From positions 188,494 to 252,493 of the forward strand of contig NW_005434607.1 in the NCBI RefSeq assembly GCF_000315625.1: a stretch of DNA of 64,000 bases, in the 5' to 3' direction. Shown piece by piece: positions 23,348-34,373 of this stretch (the first letter of the stretch is position 1; every line of letters begins with the position of its first letter). The position numbers were made by a program, and so were the translations under genes. The DNA comes from Guillardia theta CCMP2712. Taxonomy: Eukaryota > Protista > Cryptophyta. Below the pieces are notes generated by a model that was not told the DNA's origin, made no database searches, and worked only from the letters and a program-made list of their open reading frames with translations.

Positions 23348-25846
23348 CTAGTTCTTGATCCCCATCGCGCTCTTGAGCTTCGACCGGATCCGGCTGAGCA
23401 AGGTCAGATCTTCTCTTCCCTCTCCTCACATGGTCACCTGAAGACGTTGAGAACATGCTGCGAGCTGTGCTCCCGCGAGCCCTCTGTGCCCAGTCACATT
23501 TTGACCGAAGAGGACGACACTTACCTCTTGCCCAGTCAAGGGCGACCCTTCCTTGCTTGTCAGCAGCACCTGGGGGTCCGTAAGACGAGCGGGTCGAGGA
23601 GGAGAGCACAAGTCACTTGGATCAGCTCCTGCCGCCAGGAGGGCATCGACGACGAGCTCATGCCCCTTGAAGGCTGGAGAGAACAGTGAGAGGGAGGAGG
23701 GAGGGATGGCGAGTGAGTGAAGGAGGGAGGGAGGGAGGGAGGGAGGGAGGGAGGGAGGGAGGGAGGGAGGGAGGGTCAGAGAGAGGAAGTGCATGGGGAG
23801 AAGGAGGTGGTCTGGTGGGGCTGGGGGGGGGGTTTGGAAGAGAGAACGACTGGGGAGGAAGGAGGAGGGTATCATGAGCGAGAGGGCAGGAGAAGGAGTC
23901 GATGCAGTCACATGCTGTCATCAAGGCAGTGTTCCCGTCTGAGTCCCTGGCGTTGACTTTGGCTCCTCCTGAAATCAGAGCCCTGACGACCTGAAGCAAG
24001 GAGGGTGAGGAAAGCAGGGGAGGACGCGGAGGAGGACGAGCACGTGGAGATGTCCTTCGAGGGAAGCAGCAGTGAGAGTCGTCCAGCCGTCGGAGTCTTG
24101 GATATCAGGAGACGCTCCTCTGAGAAAATGTGAGGAAGGGTCGAGGAAGAGGGGAGGAGATGAAGGCGAAGAACAAGGAAAGGAAGGTTGAGGTCGAGGT
24201 GTGGGGTACGAGGATCGAGGGGGATGGAAGAGGAGGGGGACAGTTTGTCGCAGTAGCGGAACCTGTTGAGCAGCGCTTGGATCACACGAGGTTTGTTGCC
24301 TTTCGATGCCCATCTTAGCGCCTGCGCTGCTGTCAACCTCCATCCTTCGCTCTTTCTCCTCCTCTTCCTCCTCCATCCCCCGCTTCCTCCTCCATCCCCC
24401 GCTTCCTCCTCCTCTTCCTCCTCCTCCTCCTCCTTCCCCCGCTTCCTCCTCCTCTTCCTCCTCCTCCTCCTCCTCCTCCTCCTTCCCCCCTGCCTCCCTC
24501 ACCGTCCACCCGTCCTTGTCCCTCAGGTCCGGATTGGCCCCGCTGTCCATCAGCAGCTTAACAGCTGAAACGTAACTGCAAAAACGATAAGCAAGACCAG
24601 CTCCCCTGCATGCAGAAGACGAAGAGAAGGAGGGAGGAAGAGAGGTAATCAACCGAACTCACCCCCCAAACGAGGCTCCCATCAGTGCCGTCCGCCCGCT
24701 CCTGTTCTTGGCGTTGACCGAAGCACCTGCGAGTCAACTTGTGAGGAGGGGCGAAGGAGGGAAGCAAGAAGTAGGATGACGCATGGAAGGGGTGAGAAGC
24801 GAGAGAACTGCTAAGTGAGAGTGCTGATCTGTCAGGAGATACAACAGTGTGGGAGGAGGGAGAGGTCGTTGAGGACGGGAAGGTAGAAGGCGAAGGGAAG
24901 GGGAGGAGGAGGCAGGGGGAGGAAGAGGACGGGCATGCGAAGAGGGATCGAGATCTGTCACACCTGCTCCTATCAACAAACGGAGGCATCCCACACGTCC
25001 TGATCCCGCAGCACCCATGACAGCATTCCACCCCGACGAGTCTTGAATGTCTGCATCCGCTCCCTTGCCCAGCAGCTCTGCCACCTGCACTCCCAGCTCA
25101 AGAGAGGGTTGAGCCGCAGATGGGAGGAGAGGGACAGAAGAACAAACGCAACATCGAGAGGCAAAGAGCAAGATTAAGAAGGTGGCGCCAGGGCTGGATG
25201 GAGGGTGTGGGCCAGCAGGAGGGGAGGACGAGAACGAGAGGAGGTGGAGGAGGAAGAGGAGGAAGAGCCAGGTCAGCTCGGCTCGCAGCGGGCCATCACC
25301 ACAGCATCTTGTCCGGCCTCTGCAGCTGACATCAACGCCGTCCTCCCCAGCCTGTCTCTGCAGGAAAACAACGAGAAGCAGAGAGTCTCAGAGAAAAACG
25401 AGGCCTCCTCCTTCGCTCCTTCCACTCTCGCTCCCTCCGCCTCCTCCCTCCGCGTCCTCTCGCGCTCCCCTGCTCACCGATAGTTGACGGAAACTCCACC
25501 CTTCAAGATCTTTCGAAGTGTAGCCACGTCACCATACGAAGCAGCATCTGCGCCAAACCAACATGAGTACACTTGGATGGTGAGTAAGAGGGAGAGGGTG
25601 TGGGAGAGGTGGGAGAAGGAGAGAGGAGGATGGCAGAGAGGAAGTCGAGTTCTCGGGGAAGAGTAGGAGAACGAGCACCGATGAGCTTCTGCGTTGGCTT
25701 CAGGATCTGGGTTCTACGAGTCCTTGTGCTCATGCTGGTAGAGGAGGGTCAGTCGGAGACTCTCCTGCACTGCACTCGCACCTGCTCCATGCCAGCCAGA
25801 TTGACAGCAGCCCAAACACAGCCAGAGCAGCGATCGATGCCACCAT
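23348..25846 (-). CDS. Ankyrin-repeat protein with an N-terminal signal/anchor
   Basis: MVASIAALAVFGLLSIWLAWS, then repeats GADADIQDSSGWNAVMGAAGSG, GANPDLRDKDGWTALRWA, GASPDIQDSDGWTTLTAASLEGH and GAKVNARDSDGNTALMTA. End approximate. Confidence 0.85.
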
Positions 25847-26540
25847 CGACCTTGATGGGCGAAATCAAGGAGAGGAGGGAGCAATGAGTCGATTGTAAAG
25901 ATTGAGTGCAAATGAGGTCGGGGAGAACGGATAGAGATCGAGGGGGAGGAGAGGAGAGGAGAGGAGAGGAGAGGAGAGGAGAGGAGAGGCGAGGCGAGGC
26001 GAGGCGAGGCGAGGCGAGGCGAGGAGAGGAGAGGAGAGGAGAGGAGCGGAGAGGAGAGGAGCGGAGAGGAGAGGAGAGGAGAGGAGAGGAAAGAGTGTAT
26101 GAGAGCAGATGGACAAGGAGGAGTGGAGGGTAGTGAGTGCGCTTGTTTGTGGACGGCAGGAGTAGCAGTACCGGTTATTGAAAGACCCCCGGAAAAAATT
26201 CTCGACCTGAGAGAATGTCTTTGTGTTCCTGGGCGACAACAGTTACCTCCTGCTCTACCATCCTGCCAGCTGGAAGCACCTGATGTGATAAAGCACGCCA
26301 TCCACTCTGTGTCTCCACCTCATGTTTGACAAGGAGAGTAGGGAGTACGGGTCAGCACGACGAGCAGGGGCCTTCTCTTCCAGCGCTCCGCTTCTAGCTC
26401 CTCACTGCCTTGCCCCGTTGAGGTCAAGCCATCCCTTCAGCGCACCCACGTCTCCTGGCTCACACGCCTGTGAAGGACTAGAAGTCAGGCGCAACCCCAA
26501 CCCTGCTGCTTTCTCCCCCTTCCTCCCCTTGCTCTCTCCT

Positions 26541-26665
26541 TCTCTTCTCTTCTCTTCTCTTCTCTTCTCTTCTCTTCTCTTCTCTTCTCTTCTCTTCTCT
26601 TCTCTTCTCTTCTCTTCCCTCCCTTAGCTTCCCTTCCCTCCCCTTCCCTTCCCTTCCCTTCCCTT
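26541..26665. repeat. (TCTCT)n/(TTCCC)n microsatellites
   Basis: Direct reading. Confidence 0.9.
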
Positions 26666-27018
26666 CCTCATTGTTCGTAATGGCTTTTCTCCCACGCCAT
26701 TGTGACTCAGCAACTGACATCATCCCCCTCTTCCTCATGAGAGCTCACCCGAGTCCGCCTCCTCTGATTTTAACTACAAATTCAAAAGTTATCATTCAAG
26801 AACTACCTTACTTAGCTAACTGAAAAGGGTAGAATGTTTAGATCTGAGGCGGGGTACAAGTAGGGTGCATGCCCCAATTTTTACTCCTGAGAAGTTATAA
26901 AAGCCTCTTTTGGGGTGGTAGGGTACTGACCCCACCGTACTAATGAAATCACTTTTTACCTATGAAGTACGGGTAATCTAAGGGTCTCACGAAACAAGGT
27001 AGGGTGAGAGTGTGTGGC

Positions 27019-28184
27019 ATGGCGGAGGCGGCGGGTGTAGCTTCGTTGCGAAGCATGCTGGACCAGAAGGTGAGCGAAACATGTCGATCTTTCATGGGTG
27101 AAGCCTTGATATGATCAGTGAGAGAAGAGGAGCAGAGGAGCAGAGAGACACGAGAAGAGATCAAGGGGTGAGTGGGGTGAGGGCGGAATGAAGGAGAGGG
27201 CGAGGAAGGGGAGGGGAACCGAAGGGCTTGTATGGATGATGATGTGATCTTGCCATGTCGTGGAACCCACAATATGATCATGTTCCTTGAAGCTTTGTGT
27301 GCTTTGTTTTACACTCATGAAATGCTTTTCTTCTTTCAAAGGCACCCCACTACAACAGCAACCAACGGAGCTACTGTACAGACTATACTTTGAAACGATA
27401 CCTGCATGCTCGAAAGTTTGATGTTGCTAAGGCGTTCAACATGCTTACGGCCACGCTGGCATGGAGGAAGGATTTTGATGTCGAATCGATTAGCATGCTG
27501 AAAGTTCGAGGCAATGGCGAAACAGGGAAGGTGGTGGTGAGGGGGGCAGATAGAGAAGGGAGGCCGATTTTGTTCTTGAGGCCGGGTCAAGAAAACTCCA
27601 AGGACGATCACGATGGCAACCTGAAGCACCTGGTGTACGAGCTTGAGCGAGCTGTGGCATGCATGGACGAGCTGCGTGGAGTGGGGAAAATGTTGGTGAT
27701 ACTGGACCTGCAGCATTACAGCATGTCGAATGCCCCCCCCATGAAGACAAGCAGAGCCACTCTGCATATCCTGCAGGATCACTATCCGGAGCGGCTGGCA
27801 AAGTTCTTGATAATCGATGCTCCGTGGCTGTTCCAAGGCTTCTTCAAGATCATCTCTCCCTTCATCGACAAGGTTTTGTTGGCTCAGTCCAGACCAGTAA
27901 CACGGCACTGAAAGTCGCATGGTTCAGGAGACTGCTGCAAAGCTCGTCTTCGTGAATGGCAAGACAGCAGAAGCAAAGAGGGAGGTTCTCTCCAAGTTCG
28001 TCGAACTCAATCGGTCAGTTTGCGAGAGGAACTGCAAGACTCTCTCCTTGACAGTTTCCTCAGCCTCCCCAAGTCTATCTACGGAGACTTAGGCGATGAG
28101 GTGAGGAAGAGTGCAAAATCGCCTTTGTTGTCTCACTTTGTCATTCAGGAATTTTTTACAGCCGACGAGTACTTCAGGTTCTGA
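27019..28184 (+). CDS. CRAL-TRIO (Sec14-like) lipid-binding protein
   Basis: TDYTLKRYLHARKFDVAKAFNMLTATLAWR, GADREGRPIL and LQDHYPERLAKFLIIDAPWLFQGFFKIISPFIDK|ETAAKLVFV. Confidence 0.92.
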
Positions 28185-28474
28185 CCCCCTTACAGATCCG
28201 ATTTTACTGACATGATTCTCCGGCAGCGATGAAGGGGTAGAGAAATTTCGCAAGGAAATCATACGGCAGAGAGCTGCATTTCAGTAAAGATGCACTTGCT
28301 GTCCGTCGCAGTTCTGCCTCCTGTTCGTTTGCTTCGTTTGTTTTCCTTTGATGTAAATGCGTTTTTGACTTGTTGCCTAATAGTATACATTGAAACACCT
28401 TGATATACGAGTTGAACATCAAGTACATCTCAACAGATGCCAAAATTCTCGAGCCTGCAATGAAAGAAGATAAT

Positions 28475-29521
28475 TCACTCCACACGTGCACTAACAGGTG
28501 TTTTTGCGGGTGAAGAAGGTCCCATGCCCTCGTCGCTTGACGGCCTCACGTCGCATGTTTGTACACCAACGATCTTGTCTTTGTAGACCCATCGCAGAAG
28601 ATGGCGCAGAAAGTCGTACTGCTTCCATGGCCAATGCTTCAATCCTACACACTGTGTAAGAGCAGCAAGTTTAACGAAGAGCTTACCAGTGCTAGGGATG
28701 TCGATGTGCGGGAGGTTCACGTACAGAGCAGACCCGCACCATCTCCCTTGCTTGGTCTGTTGCTCCACACAGAGCTTGAATCGATGCCAATCGAGACGAA
28801 CGATTTGAACCTTCTCCTTGGACAGCCCCGGAGCTTTTGTCATCCTTTCAATGAGGACTCCTGCTCCATATGCTGCTGGGTAGTAGTAGTACAAGGCCGC
28901 AAACCCAAACAGATCAAGGGTGCACTGTAACGGGATGTAGACCAGGAGGAATACAAGCCAGCCCATGAAAGCCAGCGGGAAGCAAGGATGCCAAGGCTCT
29001 TCGCATTGGTTGACAAAATGGCGTCTGAGAAGCTCTCTCTTCGGAAGAGTATGAAGCCTCGAGCGCCGGAAGATATAGTACGCAAGGCTGCAGGTTGTCC
29101 ACATCAACGCTAGTCCGACCTGCGCCTTCGGGGTGAAGTGCAGGCTCAACATGCTCAGACCACTGCTGTTGACACGTCTGGTGTTCCCGTATCTGAATGG
29201 TCGAGGGTGGAGGTGCGCTGTGGTCCCTTTCTGACCGAGCCTTCCAGGGGACAAACTTGAGCTCCCTATGAAGCAACTATGCAGGAGGCTGCTAGCATGT
29301 CTGTCGCAGGGGACTGAAGACAGAGGTATCAGAGGGCTCCGTTGGCTGAGAGTTCGAGGCAGCCTGTCAGGCAGCTGGATCATTCTGGTGTGCTTCTACG
29401 TCGGCCATGATACCTCGTGTTGCACAGCAGGATCAGAATTCTCTTGCTCCTGCTTCCAGGTTTGATTGAGAGCTGTCGTCTCGAGCTGCAACTTCTCTGA
29501 CCATCCCTGGCCTTCCTCCAT
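28475..29521 (-). CDS. Hypothetical membrane protein
   Basis: Exon 1 MEEGQGWSEKLQLE...|gtatca. A long ORF with 2-3 hydrophobic segments. No family recognised. Confidence 0.55.
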
Positions 29522-29688
29522 GGCTTGCTGGTGATGTCGAACCACGGCTAGCTCCTTTATATCTGTCAGATCCCTGCTCCAATCGGGCCGGCGGGCCGGT
29601 CACCCGAGGCCGACCTCCGGCTGCTGGAACACTGAGAATTGACAGGTTTATCTCAACTCGGAAGTGCCGAACCGGAGTGAAGCGTGAT

Positions 29689-29767
29689 ATCGTGACTAGC
29701 AAGCTGCGGAATCGTGACTAGCTAGCTGAGGTATCGTGACTAGCTAGCTGCGGAATCGTGACTAGCT
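29689..29767. repeat. 22-bp tandem repeat x4 (ATCGTGACTAGCTAGCTG...)
   Basis: Direct reading. Confidence 0.9.
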
Positions 29768-29931
29768 GACAGATTGAAAATGAAAGGGTGCAGTGTGAAC
29801 GAAGTGGCGGAAGGCATCGAGACATTCGCAGCCTTTCGGGCTCGGGGATGACTGACGTTATTTACTACAGGACGCCGCCTCCAAATAAAAATAAGGTCAA
29901 CCCTCTCCCCCGCCATCTCCGTCTTGACGCC

Positions 29932-30510
29932 ATGTCGCCATGCCCGACTCTCTCCCCTGCCTGCTCCCCCTGCTCTGTCGACGAGGCCGTCGACGCCCTG
30001 TGCAGCCGCCCATGGCGCTCTCCGTGCGACGACCTCGACATGTCCTCCTTCCTCTCCTCCTACCTCCACGACACTCCCCTCGTCGCCGAGGAGGCTGCGG
30101 TTCAAGCCTACGCGTCAGCGTGCCACGCAGGCTGGGCAGGGGCGGCGGCGGCTGGCAGGCCTGAGGCCCCGAGCGAGCCGTCAGAGGCGTCGTCTGCGAG
30201 CGACAGCGACAGCCCGGCGAGCATCCCGGCGTCCCCGAAGGAGGCGGAGAAGTCAAGGACGCAGTACAACCAGAGCCAGTGGACGCAGGAGGAGCACAAG
30301 CGGTTTGTGGAGGCGCTGGCAAGGTACCAGCAGCTGGGGAGCCGACGGGACCCGGTCACGGGCAAGGTGTCGGTAGGGCTTGGAGCCGGAGTGGCGAAGC
30401 AGGTAGCGGCGCTTGTGGGAACGAGGACTCCTCTGCAAGTGAGGACGCATGCACAGAAGTACTTCATGAAGCTGAGCACGGGGAGCAAGCGAGGGGGGAG
30501 GATGCAGTAG
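29932..30510 (+). CDS. Single-repeat Myb (SHAQKYF class) transcription factor, copy 1
   Basis: WTQEEHKRFVEAL...VGTRTPLQVRTHAQKYF. Intronless. An alternative ATG lies at 29848. Confidence 0.9.
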   Translation: MSPCPTLSPACSPCSVDEAVDALCSRPWRSPCDDLDMSSFLSSYLHDTPLVAEEAAVQAYASACHAGWAGAAAAGRPEAPSEPSEASSASDSDSPASIPASPKEAEKSRTQYNQSQWTQEEHKRFVEALARYQQLGSRRDPVTGKVSVGLGAGVAKQVAALVGTRTPLQVRTHAQKYFMKLSTGSKRGGRMQ

Positions 30511-31272
30511 GGTAGGGAGGGAGAGGGCGCTGATGTAAATAAAGGAAGTGACGCTTGCCCGAGAGAGTGCGCCGCACATCCCGCTGACGGAGCAGCGCCG
30601 AGAGGGACATTGGTACAGGCAGGTTGGCTGACGAGACCGCTGGGATGGAGGGGAGAGAGACTGGGGCTGAGCTGAGGGCGAGGGCATGACGAGGGGGGGA
30701 GAGGGGGAAGCTGCAGGCGCAGTGGCTGATCAGATCGGGTCGTGTTGACTAGGCAAGTCTCCGTGAAGTGTTGACTGTAAGCACATCCCTTCGTGGCTCG
30801 AGTCTCAGGCTTGGCCTCGAACAGTGGTCTCAATAATGTGAGGAAAGACCTGATCTTGTTATGTACTTTTGCATTTCCACACAGAGCAGCTGTCAATGAT
30901 CTGCAGTTTGAACGCGCAGCAAAGCAGTGAAGCTCCTAGAGAGAAACATCTATGTGAAACGGAAATATCCGATTGGACGGAAATATCCGAATCGAAACAT
31001 CTCTGTGGAAGCGAGGATTTGAATTTTCAAAACCAAGGATTTGAATTTTCACAGTAGAACAACGAAAAGTACAATTCTTGGGACGTCAGGAACGGAAACA
31101 TCCGATTTGACTTTCGGAAAGGAATATCAAGGATTCGCAGCGTTTCAGAATAGCTTTACAACTGCCAATCGAAGCCTTTCGGGCTCGGGGATGACTGATG
31201 TTATTTACTACAGGACGCTGCCTCAATAAAAATAAGGGTGAACCTCTTCCCTGCCATCACCATCTTGACGCC

Positions 31273-31833
31273 ATGCCCCCTGCCTGCTCCCCCTGCTCTG
31301 TCGACGAGGCCGTCGACGCCCTGTGCAGCCGCCCATGGCGCTCTCCGTGCGACGACCTCGACATGGCATCCTTCCTCTCCTCCTACCTCCACGACACTCC
31401 CCTCGTCGCCGAGGAGGCTGCGGTTCAAGCCGACGCGTCAGCGTGCCACGCAGGCTGGGCAGGGGCGGCGGCGGCTGGCAGGCCTGAGGCCCCGAGCGAG
31501 CCGTCAGAGGCGTCGTCTGCGAGCGACAGCGACAGCCCGGCGAGCATCCCGGCGTCCCCGAAGGAGGCGGAGAAGTCAAGGACGCAGTACAACCAGAGCC
31601 AGTGGACGCAGGAGGAGCACAAGCGGTTTGTGGAGGCGCTGGCAAGGTACCAGCAGCTGGGGAGCCGACGGGACCCGGTCACGGGCAAGGTGTCGGTAGG
31701 GCTTGGAGCCGGAGTGGCGAAGCAGGTAGCGGCGCTTGTGGGAACGAGGACTCCTCTGCAAGTGAGGACGCATGCACAGAAGTACTTCATGAAGCTGAGC
31801 ACGGGGAGCAAGCGAGGGGGGAGGATGCAGTAG
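31273..31833 (+). CDS. Single-repeat Myb (SHAQKYF class) transcription factor, copy 2
   Basis: Near-identical to copy 1, with a short N-terminal deletion. Confidence 0.88.
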   Translation: MPPACSPCSVDEAVDALCSRPWRSPCDDLDMASFLSSYLHDTPLVAEEAAVQADASACHAGWAGAAAAGRPEAPSEPSEASSASDSDSPASIPASPKEAEKSRTQYNQSQWTQEEHKRFVEALARYQQLGSRRDPVTGKVSVGLGAGVAKQVAALVGTRTPLQVRTHAQKYFMKLSTGSKRGGRMQ

Positions 31834-32679
31834 GGTAGGGAGGGAGAGGGCGCTGATGTAAATAAAGGAAGTGACGCTTGCCCGAGAGAGTGCGCCGCAC
31901 ATCCCACTGACGGAGCAGCGCCGGGAGGGACATTGGTACAGGCAGGTTGGCTGACGAGACCGCTGGGATGGAGGGGAGAGAGACTGGGGCTGAGCTGACG
32001 GCGAGGGCATGACGATGGGGGGAGGGGGGATGCTGCAGGCGCGGTGGCTGATCAGATCAGGTCGTGTAGACTGTGCTAGTTTCTGTCGTTGCTTGAGAGA
32101 GAGGGAGAGAGCAGTCAGAAGCGCAGGAAGACCAGATCAATGATAAAAATATGTATAGAAAGAATAGCACGGATTCTATATGGAGCCCTTTCTTTTACTT
32201 AAATTTGAGTAAACTTTCTTAGTTAAGTCACTAACGTTCACAATGCAGGAAGCACAATGAAGAGCATCGACGCCGCCCTACAGCAAGGATGATGGTGTTG
32301 TACATCCGATCACGTCTTAGGATCATTCTAGGAATAGTTGTGCATTACTTCTACACATCTTTCAATCATGATAACGATAGAAAACCTTTCACTATTTCCC
32401 TGACTTGCGATGCGGCCACTGAGCAGTGCGAATGGAAGGGCAGATGAAAAAGTCTTGGTACGTGACCTGCTGACTCAAGGACTGAAAGGTCCGACACTCC
32501 GAACGCATATCAAGGCTTCGCAGCGCTTCAGAATATCTTATAGCAACGTGATATTGTCATTGCAACTCACAACATTCGCAGCCTTTCGGGCTCGGGTATC
32601 ACTGTTTCTTTACTACAGGACGCTGCCTCCATATAAAAACAAGGTCAACCCTCTCCCCCGCCATCACCGTCTTGACGCC

Positions 32680-33255
32680 ATGTCGCCATGCCCGACTCTC
32701 TCCCTTTCCTGCTCCCCCTGCTCTGTCGACGAGGCCGTCGACGCCCTGTGCAGCCGCCCATGGCGCTCTCCATGCGACGACCTCGACATGGCATCCTTCC
32801 TCTCCTCCTACCTCCACGATACTCCCCTCGTCGCCAAGGAGGCTGCGGTCCAAGCCGACGCGTCAGCGTGCCACGCAGGCTGGGCGGCGGCAGCGGCTGG
32901 CAGGCCTGAGGCCCCGAGCGAGCCGTCAGAGGCGTCGTCTGCGAGCGACAGCGACAGCCCGGCGAGCATCCCGGCGTCCCCCAAGGAGGCGGAGAAGACA
33001 AGGACGCAGTACAACCAGAGCCAGTGGACGCAGGAGGAGCACAAGCGGTTTGTGGAGGCGCTGGCAAGGTACCAGCAGCTGGGGAGCCGACGGGACCCGG
33101 TCACGGGCAAGGTGTCGGTAGGGCTTGGAGCCGGAGTGGCGAAGCAGGTAGCGGCGCTTGTGGGAACGAGGACTCCTCTGCAAGTGAGGACGCATGCACA
33201 GAAGTACTTCATGAAGCTGAGCACGGGGAGCAAGCGAGGGGGGAGGATGCAGTAG
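32680..33255 (+). CDS. Single-repeat Myb (SHAQKYF class) transcription factor, copy 3
   Basis: Near-identical to copy 1, with a few substitutions and a one-codon deletion. Confidence 0.88.
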   Translation: MSPCPTLSLSCSPCSVDEAVDALCSRPWRSPCDDLDMASFLSSYLHDTPLVAKEAAVQADASACHAGWAAAAAGRPEAPSEPSEASSASDSDSPASIPASPKEAEKTRTQYNQSQWTQEEHKRFVEALARYQQLGSRRDPVTGKVSVGLGAGVAKQVAALVGTRTPLQVRTHAQKYFMKLSTGSKRGGRMQ

Positions 33256-34373
33256 GGTAGGGAGGGAGAGGGCGCTGATGTAAATAAAGGAAGTGACGCT
33301 TGCCCGAGAGAGTGCGCCGCACATCCCGCTGACGCAGCAGCGCCGGGAGGGACATTGGTACAGGCAGGTTGGCTGACGAGACCGCTGGGATGGAGGGGAG
33401 AGAGGCTGGGGCTGAGCTGAGGGCGAGGGCATGACGATGGGGAGAGGGAGGATGCTGCAGGCGCAGTGGCTGATCAGATCGGGTCGTGTTGACTAGGCTA
33501 GTCCAGGTGAAATCAAATCTTTGTTATTTTGGTGACATATTGTGTTGTCCAAGAGATGTTGTATCGATCAGCATCAAGTCAGTAGGGAAGGGATCATTGA
33601 CGTCCTGTGGTATCGCATCCTTCTTGCTCGTTGGGACCCTGCATGGCCGAGCGCCGCTCTGCGGCGGCTGTGCATCCTTGTTCGCAAGTTTCTAATGACT
33701 AAAGAGACTTGCAGGCCCGCCTCGGACTGTTCTAGATAGAAGTCGATGAGTAATAATTTTCTGTGATGCTCAGGTCCAGAAAAGCCGTTGAGAAGTCCAG
33801 TGCTAGATCGAAAAAAAACACTCACAACACCCCTCATGGCCTTACAGCCTCAAACTCAGATAATTGAGGGGGTAGTGTTCATGGGTATTTTCGTATGTTG
33901 AGCTCGTGTTCCCCTTGTCCCCTCTGACATGCGAGAGTCAGTGAGCCCTTGGGCCATCCAACACTGATGAATGCGCAACATGAAGGCGGGAGAGCGATTG
34001 AGGAGGGGGGAGGAGACTTACCTCGAGTAAGGAGGAGCTGAAGGAACTAGGCGAGGACGGGAAAGGCTTCGAAAGGCACGCTGAGGAGAAAGAGGACAAG
34101 TGAGGGGTCGATAGAGGTGGAGAAAGAGGAGGAGGAGGAGGAGGAGGAGGAGGATGACGAGGATAAAGACGAAGAGGATGCATGTATATGCAGATACGTC
34201 GGGCAAGACCCCGCGGACTCTGCCAGGAGTTAGAGAAGAACAAGACGATATGACAAAGCTGGACATCGTTTGAGCTGGCAGATGTAAAAATGTTTCCGAT
34301 GATGGCACCAAGATGAAGATGAATATAGAATGCAAGCGTCTAGTTGACAGATGCCTGCAGGCGAATCTCAGCC

